DNA of 62,062 bases, filler included. It is 6 parts of 6 records of this genome, joined end to end, with 100 filler letters (N's around TTAATTAATTAA, not from the genome) between each part and the next. Parts side by side here need not be neighbours in the genome. Positions count along the whole stretch, not along the records: positions 1 to 28,170 come from DRR723986_9245; 5 more parts are not named here. One strand, given 5' to 3'. The translations under genes and the position numbers were made by a program. The notes beneath the pieces are model-generated. The model was given only the letters and a program-made list of their open reading frames with translations. It did not search any database and had not been told where the DNA came from. This document shows positions 1-8,178 of this stretch, one piece after another; position 1 is the stretch's first letter; every line of letters begins with the position of its first letter.

Positions 1-185
1 TGAGCCGAACGTATGTGAGAGCTCAAAGCGGTCAAGCCGGAAATTGAAGAATGCAAAATTCTAAGCAGTCAAACCATTGAGTCAAGAATGCACAATTAAG
101 AAACTCCAACCGCGATCAGTTAAACCAAAAACTATTCCAATCCCACGCTGCCACAACCCAAAATCAGCCGGCAAAAACTGCAGAC

Positions 186-229
186 ATAAAAAAAACGCGT
201 CCCCAGCGGATGACCGCCGAATAACGCGC
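186..229 (-). terminator. Intrinsic terminator-like hairpin plus U-tract downstream of the AtuA-like gene
   Basis: Minus strand reads CGCGTTATTCGGCGG-TCAT-CCGCTGGGGACGCG followed by a long T run. Confidence 0.6.
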
Positions 230-308
230 TTGGAATATAGATCCTCGAAAATATTCCGCACGAAGTTAGCATTTTTTGCGTTAAATGCTAACTGCGCTTA
301 ACAAATCT

Positions 309-644
309 TTAATGGCTCAAATCCATGCCGTCGGGAACCTCAATTTCCATTTGCAACATCGCCGTAGCTACAACCTTGCCCTGAGCGTCCAGTTTAAGCG
401 AAACCGTGCCGCCGCCGCCAAGTGTATTGTGCAGGACAAAGTTTAAAGCCCACAGGTTGGGAAGCTCAAAACGCTCCACGTCACCTTCGCAGACGCCGGT
501 GAAGTGCTGCTTAACACGTGCGGTGGTAAGATTCTGGACCAGGTAAGGATACCATTCCTCTTTGTAGGCGATTACACCGCAGTTTGCAGCGTCACCTTTG
601 TCGCCGCTGCGGGCGTGAGCGATTTTGGAGAGAGGGATTTTCAT
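309..644 (-). CDS. AtuA-related small protein (C-terminal domain of the acyclic terpene utilisation AtuA family)
   Basis: AHARSGDKGD..N.GVIA, VERFELPNLWALNFVLHNTLGGGG..SL.LDAQGK motifs; ATG at 644. Confidence 0.8.
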   Translation of the reverse strand: MKIPLSKIAHARSGDKGDAANCGVIAYKEEWYPYLVQNLTTARVKQHFTGVCEGDVERFELPNLWALNFVLHNTLGGGGTVSLKLDAQGKVVATAMLQMEIEVPDGMDLSH

Positions 645-712
645 ATTCAGTCTATTCCTGAGTTCATTGTGCGTACAAAGCACACGATTTAGGTCAATTT
701 TTTGTGTGCCGC

Positions 713-1363
713 TCAGCCGTGCATAACCAGATAAATTGTGCTGACGCCGCCAATCCAGCGATGCGCCTGCACATCATTGGTCGTCATCAAGACCATCTCT
801 GCGGCTTTGACTTCGGCGGCACGCTGCTTGTCAATAACAAGGTGCGGCAGGAGCAAACGCTCCAGAATCAAAGGATCCGTTAGCTGCGTCAGTTTGCCAA
901 AGTCAATGCTGCCGTCGTCAAAATCCGACTCCACATCGGCTTCCATGAAAACTTCGCCGCGCTGCGTAGCCTTGGCCTCACCAATTAACAGGCGCGCCGG
1001 AGACTGGCACAAAGATGGATGTACCTCGGCCATTGAAAGACTGACAGTACGCCCATCGGCGGCAACACAAACGATGCTGGCAGCATGTAAATTGTCCGCC
1101 GAAAGTTTGTCGATTTGTGCCTGCATGTAATCGTAAATACCGATGGCATAAAATTTGCCCAGCGTAACACGATTGCCATACAGAACCTCAACGGTTCGCA
1201 TCTGCTGATGTGCAGTCAAAGCGGCGGCATCCAAAGAAACTTCGTGTAATACACGCACGCCCAAAGCATGCTGCTCCACCGCGCCACACATGAGCAGCGT
1301 GAACAGCAAACCGAATACAACCGGCCGAAATTTGCCAGTTTTCGCAACGTTCCCAACTTGCAT
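713..1363 (-). CDS. Exported hypothetical protein, possibly with a molybdopterin-oxidoreductase-like fold
   Basis: N-terminal hydrophobic segment; IVCVAADGRTVSLSMAEV and D...RWIGGVSTI patterns; start uncertain. Confidence 0.5.
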   Translation of the reverse strand: MQVGNVAKTGKFRPVVFGLLFTLLMCGAVEQHALGVRVLHEVSLDAAALTAHQQMRTVEVLYGNRVTLGKFYAIGIYDYMQAQIDKLSADNLHAASIVCVAADGRTVSLSMAEVHPSLCQSPARLLIGEAKATQRGEVFMEADVESDFDDGSIDFGKLTQLTDPLILERLLLPHLVIDKQRAAEVKAAEMVLMTTNDVQAHRWIGGVSTIYLVMHG

Positions 1364-1763
1364 TTTGTTCTCCCGGAAAGAATCATCGGTGCAGCGCATC
1401 CAGCTTTAATGTCCGGAAGTAAGCAGGCACGCCACCGAGGCCGCAAAATAGTGATTTGATGCTAAATGCCATGCCTCCGGCAGCCAAAGCCTTGATGCTC
1501 TCTGCTTTTAATGTCGATTTTTTGTTGCCGCGATGCACACTTGACAAATCGGCTTGTCAGGCCCTGGGCTGCTTTCTCAAGTTCTCTGAACGACTCGCGC
1601 GGTCGGCGCGGAATCACTGAATTTCGTGCCGCGCGGCATACACAATACACTTTATCGCATTATAATCGTCTCTTGCCTTCTCGTTAGCCGCAACTGCGCC
1701 CTGATGGCGTTTTTTAACTGCGGCGGCGTTCACTTTACTACGGTCAATCTGGAAGGTGACAGC

Positions 1764-2159
1764 ATGACACGCTCCATGTTCAAATCGAAAATCCACCGTG
1801 CGCGGATTACCGAAGCGGAGCTGTATTACGAAGGCAGTTTCACAATTGATCCCGAGCTGATGGATGCTGCGGACCTGCTCCCCTACGAACAGGTTTCAGT
1901 TGTCAACGTCAACAACGGCGAGCGATTTGAAACCTACGTCATCCCTGGTGAGCCAGGCAAACGCCAGTTCTGCCTCAACGGTGCAGCGGCACGCAAAGGT
2001 GCCGTCGGTGATGAAGTCATCATCATGAGTTATGCCGCGCTAACCGAAGCCGAAGCGCGCGAGCACCGCCCAACCGTTGTGCTCGTGGATGCGAATAACA
2101 ACATCAAGCGCCGCTATCACGAAGTGCTGCACTCAACCAACGTCTACGAAACTGTCTAG
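1764..2159 (+). CDS. panD: Aspartate 1-decarboxylase
   Basis: KSKIHRA, YEGS self-cleavage site, NGERFETY, LNGAAAR; GGAAGG RBS before ATG 1764. Confidence 0.95.
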   Translation: MTRSMFKSKIHRARITEAELYYEGSFTIDPELMDAADLLPYEQVSVVNVNNGERFETYVIPGEPGKRQFCLNGAAARKGAVGDEVIIMSYAALTEAEAREHRPTVVLVDANNNIKRRYHEVLHSTNVYETV

Positions 2160-2185
2160 AGCAACACCGGAAACGACTTCATTCT

Positions 2186-2989
2186 ATGACGCAGAACGAC
2201 GCGACGATGAATCCAAACCCTGCAGCCACCGATCTGGCCGTAGTGATTTTAGCTGCCGGCAAAGGCACACGCATGAACGATCCTGCGGGCCGCCCCAAAG
2301 TCCTCGTGCCGCTCAACGGCAAGGCACTGATCGACTACGTCCTTGGCCAGGCACAAGCAATCAGCCCCCAGAAAATTATCCTGATAGTCGGACATCAAAA
2401 AGAAGATGTCATCAGCCACTGCAGCAGTCATACTGACGGCGCAGCAATTGAATTTGCAATCCAGCACGAACAGAATGGCACGGGCCACGCAGTGATGCAA
2501 ACGCGTGAGGCACTGGCCAACTTTGATGGTGACGTTCTGATTCTAAGCGGCGACGTCCCGCTGCTGCGCAGCTCTACGCTGCAGGACTTTCAGCAGGCAC
2601 ATCACAGCTCCAGGGCTGCAATCTCGGTTCTCTCCGTTGAAGTCCCCGACCCCACAGGCTACGGCCGCATCGTGCGTAACTCCGATGCGCAATTTGAGCG
2701 TATCGTTGAACACAAAGACGCAAGTGATTCCGAGCGCACAATCGCCGAAATCAACAGCGGCATTTACTTGGTGGACTCAAAAAAAATGTTTGCTGCGCTG
2801 ATGCGCATCTCCGACGACAACGCCCAGGGCGAGCTCTACCTGACGGACATCATCGGCATCCTGCATGCCGACGGTGAAAACGCTCAGGCCTGGCAGGGCC
2901 CCAACTGGCAGGAAGTACAGGGTGTTAACACACGTGAACAACTGCTGGATATCGAACAGCAGATGAAAGCCGGGTCCCCAAGTCTATGA
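2186..2989 (+). CDS. GlmU N-terminal-type nucleotidyltransferase (uridyltransferase domain only, no acetyltransferase beta-helix)
   Basis: ILAAGKGTRM, PKVL, QNGTGHAV, GDVPLL, GYGRIVR, EINSGIY, NAQGELYLTD; ends at 267 aa. Confidence 0.85.
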   Translation: MTQNDATMNPNPAATDLAVVILAAGKGTRMNDPAGRPKVLVPLNGKALIDYVLGQAQAISPQKIILIVGHQKEDVISHCSSHTDGAAIEFAIQHEQNGTGHAVMQTREALANFDGDVLILSGDVPLLRSSTLQDFQQAHHSSRAAISVLSVEVPDPTGYGRIVRNSDAQFERIVEHKDASDSERTIAEINSGIYLVDSKKMFAALMRISDDNAQGELYLTDIIGILHADGENAQAWQGPNWQEVQGVNTREQLLDIEQQMKAGSPSL

Positions 2990-3426
2990 TAAATGGCATT
3001 GATCACATTGGCATTGCGGTTGAAGACCTGGACAAAAGTCTGGAGACATGGCTAACCCTGTTTCCCGACGCAGTAGTACACCGCGAATCTGTACCCGACC
3101 AAAAAGTCAATGTTGCCTCATTTAAAGTCGGCACAGTCCTCATCGAATTAACGGCCGCCGGCGCGCCGGACTCGCCGATTGCCAAATTCCTGCAGAAACG
3201 CGGCGAAGGCATCCATCACATCGCATTTGCCGCCGACGGCGTCAACGCCGAACTTCAGAGACTCGAAGCCGCGGGAATTCGCCTGATCAACACAGAAGCG
3301 GTGCCCGGCGCTCACGACAAATTGATCGGTTTCCTGCATCCAAAATCGACCGGCGGCGTTCTGATGGAACTCTGCCAGGACATGCCGGAATCTGATGCTG
3401 AACCCGATGAAGCTGAGCGCGCCTGA
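2986..3426 (+). CDS. mce: Methylmalonyl-CoA epimerase
   Basis: IDHIGIAV, KFLQKRGEGIHHIAF, GAHDKLIGFLHPKSTGGVLMELCQ. Confidence 0.9.
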   Translation: MINGIDHIGIAVEDLDKSLETWLTLFPDAVVHRESVPDQKVNVASFKVGTVLIELTAAGAPDSPIAKFLQKRGEGIHHIAFAADGVNAELQRLEAAGIRLINTEAVPGAHDKLIGFLHPKSTGGVLMELCQDMPESDAEPDEAERA

Positions 3427-3592
3427 AATGGCGGCGCTGCCGGAACTCAAAGTAGGTAGGCGCGCCGTCAAAACCGCGTCCAGACGGCAAACGATCAAAA
3501 ATTTCCAGTTTGGTGGAGTTCGGCTCCCCAGCCCCTCCCGGGGTATTTAGTGTCACATTGCATCCTTGCAATCAACATGCCGGAAAGAGCAT

Positions 3593-4207
3593 ATGCCTAC
3601 TCTGATTTTGCTGCGTCACGGTCAATCTCAATGGAACCTCGAGAATCGTTTTACGGGATGGGTCGATGTAGACCTGGCCCCCAAGGGCATCGAGGAAGCC
3701 GAGCGCGCGGGTAACTTACTGCGTGACCTTCCGATTGATCTCGTGTATACTTCGGTTCTGAAGCGCGCCATGCGTACTGCCGATATTGCGCTGGAAACAG
3801 CCGGTAAAACCGGACTGCCGATTCAGCGCGACCAGGCACTCAACGAACGTCACTATGGCGATCTGCAGGGCCTCGACAAGGACGAGACACGCCAAAAATT
3901 TGGCGACGAACAGGTGCATATCTGGCGACGCAGTTACGATATTCCGCCGCCGAATGGTGAGTCCCTCAAGAACACTCTGGAGCGCGTGCTGCCCTACTAC
4001 GAGCAGGAAATTGTACCGCAACTTCGCGCCGGAAAAAACGTTTTGATTGCGGCACATGGCAATTCGCTGCGGTCATTGGTGAAACATCTGGAAAATATCA
4101 GTTCCGATGAAATCACTAAACTCAACATCCCGACTGGTGTTCCGCGCCTGTATGAGCTGGATAACAACCTGCAGGTTCAACGCGCCGAATACCTTGGTCA
4201 GGACTAA
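3593..4207 (+). CDS. gpmA: 2,3-bisphosphoglycerate-dependent phosphoglycerate mutase
   Basis: [37 protein letters not shown]. Confidence 0.95.
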   Translation: MPTLILLRHGQSQWNLENRFTGWVDVDLAPKGIEEAERAGNLLRDLPIDLVYTSVLKRAMRTADIALETAGKTGLPIQRDQALNERHYGDLQGLDKDETRQKFGDEQVHIWRRSYDIPPPNGESLKNTLERVLPYYEQEIVPQLRAGKNVLIAAHGNSLRSLVKHLENISSDEITKLNIPTGVPRLYELDNNLQVQRAEYLGQD

Positions 4208-4262
4208 AATCACACGCGACTTTCACGCTGCGTCTTCGCGGGCGCACTTCCCGATAGCAGGT

Positions 4263-5960
4263 ATGACAAATACACTTCTCCTCCGCGCCGCCTCTACCCT
4301 TTTGATGATTTTCTTGTTTGTACCGTGCGCGCATGCCAATGAGGGACCAGTCCTCACGGCAATGCGCCTGGAAATGACGCGCACTATGGACGAATTGCGT
4401 CAGGAAGATCATCCGCCCTACTTCCTGTCCTATTCCGTTACGGAAGTCCTCGGCCACACAATCACGGCGTCCTTCGGCCTCCTCGTAGATTCCGCGCCGG
4501 AAGAGTCGCGCATCCTGGATACCGACATCCGCGTGGGTGAATATGCGCTGGACAACACACGCCAGATTCGCGGAAGCAGCTTCGAATCTTCGGGGCTCTC
4601 ACGTGGCGGCCCGCTGCCCCTTGGTCAGGATATCGGCGCCATTCGCGCAGGCATCTGGACTGCGACCGACCGGCATTACAAGTCGTCAGTAGAGCGTTAC
4701 CTTAAAGTCCTGACCAACCGCGCCGTTAAAATTGAATCCGACGACAGCTCCGACGACTTCTCACGCGAAGCCCCAAGCAAAAACACGCAGGCGCTGCAGG
4801 ACCTCAAACTCAACGTCCCGCAATGGGAAGAACGCCTGCGCCGCGTCTCGGAACTATTCAGCGGTCACCCCGAACTCTACAGCGGCACGATCTGGATGCG
4901 CGCGGAAGTTCTCAACAAATACTTCGTTAACAGCGAAGGCAGTGAGATTCAAACCAGCGAACCCGTCATTCGCGTCTTTGCAATCGCCAACACCAAAGCC
5001 GAAGACGGCATGACATTGCCGCTCTTCCGTTCATACTTTGCGTTTTCAGCCGACGGCCTGCCAAGCGAAGCCAAGATGAAAGCCGATGTGACCGAAATGA
5101 TTCGCCTGCTCAAAGAGCTGCGCGAAGCGCCATTGTTCGAGACCTACTCCGGCCCGGCAATTCTCTCTGGCGAAGCCTCAGGCGTGTTTTTCCACGAAAT
5201 TTTTGGCCATCGCATTGAAGGCCACCGTCAAAAAGACGTCAACTCCAGCCAGACCTTCAAAAACCTGGTAGGCGAACAGATTCTGCCCGAATTCATCGAT
5301 GTAGTCTTTGACCCGAACCTGCGCAAACTGGGCAAGCAGGATTTGGTGGGCCACTACAAATACGACGATCAGGGTGTTGCCGGCCAGCGCGTGGTGACCG
5401 TCAAAGACGGCGTCTTCCGCGAGTTTTTGATGTCGCGCTCACCGATTGACCGCTTCCCCAACTCCAACGGACATGGACGCAAACAGCCGGGCTTCGGCGT
5501 CGTTTCACGCCAGTCGAACCTCGTGGTTGAGTCCGAAAAGCAGGTCTCCTTTGACGAGCTGCGTGAGCTGCTGCGCGAGGAGTGCAAAAAGCAGGACAAA
5601 GAATTTGGTCTTTACTTTGTAGAGATTCAGGGTGGATTCACCTTTACGCAGCGCACCATTCCGAATGCATTTAACGTGCAGCCGCTGGTGGTCTACAAAA
5701 TTTTTGCCGATGGTCGTCCGGACGAACTCGTCCGTGGTGTCGATCTGATCGGTACTCCGCTAACAACTTTCAAGAACATCGTCGCTGCCGCTGACGACCT
5801 GGGAGTCTTTAACGGAATGTGCGGTGCCGAGTCTGGCAGCGTACCGGTTTCAGCATCCTCGCCGAGCCTGCTGGTCTCGACGATTGAAGTACAAAAGAAA
5901 GCCAAATCACAAGCCAAGCTACCAATCCTGCCGGCACCTTCGCAGTCCAGCGTGGATTAA
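4263..5960 (+). CDS. TldD-family metalloprotease with N-terminal signal peptide
   Basis: FFHEIFGHRIEG (HExxxH), YDDQGV, SNGHGR, GMCGAESG; hydrophobic N-terminus ending AHA. Confidence 0.85.
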   Translation: MTNTLLLRAASTLLMIFLFVPCAHANEGPVLTAMRLEMTRTMDELRQEDHPPYFLSYSVTEVLGHTITASFGLLVDSAPEESRILDTDIRVGEYALDNTRQIRGSSFESSGLSRGGPLPLGQDIGAIRAGIWTATDRHYKSSVERYLKVLTNRAVKIESDDSSDDFSREAPSKNTQALQDLKLNVPQWEERLRRVSELFSGHPELYSGTIWMRAEVLNKYFVNSEGSEIQTSEPVIRVFAIANTKAEDGMTLPLFRSYFAFSADGLPSEAKMKADVTEMIRLLKELREAPLFETYSGPAILSGEASGVFFHEIFGHRIEGHRQKDVNSSQTFKNLVGEQILPEFIDVVFDPNLRKLGKQDLVGHYKYDDQGVAGQRVVTVKDGVFREFLMSRSPIDRFPNSNGHGRKQPGFGVVSRQSNLVVESEKQVSFDELRELLREECKKQDKEFGLYFVEIQGGFTFTQRTIPNAFNVQPLVVYKIFADGRPDELVRGVDLIGTPLTTFKNIVAAADDLGVFNGMCGAESGSVPVSASSPSLLVSTIEVQKKAKSQAKLPILPAPSQSSVD

Positions 5961-6061
5961 AGCTGTGATTCAGGAGCGCCTCCAGCAGCAACCGTGCAGC
6001 CTGTTCTGACTGGAACAGCCGCAGCACAAACCATGCTGGAGCGAACAATAGGAATTCGTCA

Positions 6062-7888
6062 ATGACATATCTATCCGCATACATCCGTTCGGCACGCATT
6101 GGCGTGCTCAGTTTGTTTGTTTTGAGCTGCGGCTTGCTGCTGCCGAATTCGCTGCAGGCGCAGACCGCAGACAAAGCTGCCCAGGCTAAAGAACATGCCG
6201 AAATCATGCGCGCCATGCAGCATGAGATGCGCAGGTCCATGCAGGAACTGTCCTTGCCGGATGTCGAAAAGCCCTATTACATCGAGTACCGCCTGCAGCG
6301 CCGCTGGGCACATGAGCTGCACGCTACATTCGGCAGCCTGATTGAAGGCGACGATGCTGAAGTCGCGACGCTCAGCGTCGGCATGCGCGTTGGTGACTAC
6401 AAGTTTGACAACTCAAATTTCTTTGACGTCAGCCTCAACTTCTTCGGCTCGACGGACGATGAAGAGTCCTTCCGCAATCGTCGCACGCCGTGGGAAATCG
6501 ACTACGACAACCTGCGCCGCGAACTGTGGCTGGCCAGTGATGCGGCCTACAAACAGGCGGCTGAGCTCTACTCCAAGAAAGTGGCTGCAATTGAAAACCG
6601 CGTGCGTCTGGACACAACTCCCGACTTCATCAAAATGCCGGCGGCAGAACATCAGGCACTCGAAGAATTTCCCGTCTATCGCAAAGAATACTTTGAGAAA
6701 CTGATTGTTGATCTATCCGCCGTCTTCCGCGACTATCCGAAGATTTCGCTGAGCCAGGTCAACTTTGAGTACCTGCCCGAGATTCACTTCTATCTGAATA
6801 CGGAAGGCCGCTCGCTGATCAAATCAGAGATGTTCACGGGCCTGGAAATTACAGCCGTCACGCAGGCTTCCGACGGCATGCCGATCGCCCAGACCTACAC
6901 GGCGTACTCGCGCAACCCTGATGACCTGCCCTCACGCGACTCACTAATGCGCGTAGCTCGCAATTTGGGTGACGTCCTGACGCAAGCAATCGACGCTGAA
7001 ATGATTGAGCCATATTCCGGTCCGGTCCTTTTTGAAGGCCGTGCTGCCGGAGAGATGTTCGGCCAGGTCTTTCTGCCCAACCTCGGCACAGTTCGCGCCC
7101 CGGTAACCGATGGCGGCTTCCAGGACAAACCGCGCTTTTCAGCTTTCCAGAACAAAATTGGCGGACGGGTTCTCCCTGAATTCCTGTCGGCCGAAGTCCA
7201 ACCTTCACTTGTGGACTTCAACGGAACACCGCTCGTCGGCATGACAAAAATCGACGACGAAGGCGTGCCTTCAGAGGGATTTACGATTATAGAAGGCGGC
7301 TACCTGAAAGACCTTATGTCGGCACGCACGCCCACGCGGCGCGTCCGCGAATCCAACGGCCACCAGCGTGGTGGCGCAGCAATGATCAGCACAGTCTCAC
7401 TGACGGCGAGCGAGGAAAAAACCTGGGATCGCCAACGCATGCGCGAGCGCCTGCTGGAGCTTTGTGAGGCGCGCGAGTTGCCGTATGGCATCGTGGTCAG
7501 ATCCGCACTCAACTCAAATTTGCTGATCACGTCCATTTATCCGCTTACACAGGGTGAGTACGCATTCACACGTGGCGAGGGTGTTGTGCCATTGCTGCAG
7601 GTCTACAAAGTTTATCCGGATGGACGCGAGGAACTGGTGCGCGGCATGGAAATCACTGGCGTATCACATCAGTCGTTCAAAGACATCCTGGCAATTGGCG
7701 ACGAGCGCTTCGCGTACAACTTTTTGGCTTCCTCGATCACTTCGCCATTTTATTCCGGCGGCCGTCAGTACATCCCGGTTTCGTTTATCGGGTCGGATGT
7801 ACTCTTTGAAGATCTGGAAGTCACCCCTGTCGAATCAGACTTCGCCAAGCCACCGATTTTGCCACATCCACACTTCTCCGAAAAGTAG
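6062..7888 (+). CDS. TldE/PmbA-like non-catalytic partner with signal peptide
   Basis: Paralogous to the upstream TldD (YSGPVLF, DDEGVP, SNGH, DGREELVRG) but has GEMFGQ in place of HEIFGH; signal ending LQA. Confidence 0.8.
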   Translation: MTYLSAYIRSARIGVLSLFVLSCGLLLPNSLQAQTADKAAQAKEHAEIMRAMQHEMRRSMQELSLPDVEKPYYIEYRLQRRWAHELHATFGSLIEGDDAEVATLSVGMRVGDYKFDNSNFFDVSLNFFGSTDDEESFRNRRTPWEIDYDNLRRELWLASDAAYKQAAELYSKKVAAIENRVRLDTTPDFIKMPAAEHQALEEFPVYRKEYFEKLIVDLSAVFRDYPKISLSQVNFEYLPEIHFYLNTEGRSLIKSEMFTGLEITAVTQASDGMPIAQTYTAYSRNPDDLPSRDSLMRVARNLGDVLTQAIDAEMIEPYSGPVLFEGRAAGEMFGQVFLPNLGTVRAPVTDGGFQDKPRFSAFQNKIGGRVLPEFLSAEVQPSLVDFNGTPLVGMTKIDDEGVPSEGFTIIEGGYLKDLMSARTPTRRVRESNGHQRGGAAMISTVSLTASEEKTWDRQRMRERLLELCEARELPYGIVVRSALNSNLLITSIYPLTQGEYAFTRGEGVVPLLQVYKVYPDGREELVRGMEITGVSHQSFKDILAIGDERFAYNFLASSITSPFYSGGRQYIPVSFIGSDVLFEDLEVTPVESDFAKPPILPHPHFSEK

Positions 7889-8178
7889 ATAAAACGCAAG
7901 ATTTCGTTGAAATTGAGCCGGATTTCAGTACCAGACAACAATCTGGCCTGAACTCCGGCTGGTACCTCCATACCGTGATTTTAGGGCAAAACGACGGTTG
8001 AAGCTTGCTATAAAGGAATCGATTCGTCAATTTGTGTGTTAGTGCCATATAACTGCCCCCCCCAGGCATGCGGATTCGGAAATCGGCTACAACGGTGCAA
8101 ATCCACGGTATTTGCGAATCCAACACTCCATCTTAGATTTTCAGGCACGCGCATTCACATCTTTTCTTTCTGGGCATT

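Noticed and set aside
3557-3572. ATTGCA-N4-TGCAAT palindrome before gpmA
   Set aside because: It is a single 6-bp-arm palindrome with no local regulator or second copy and could be chance.
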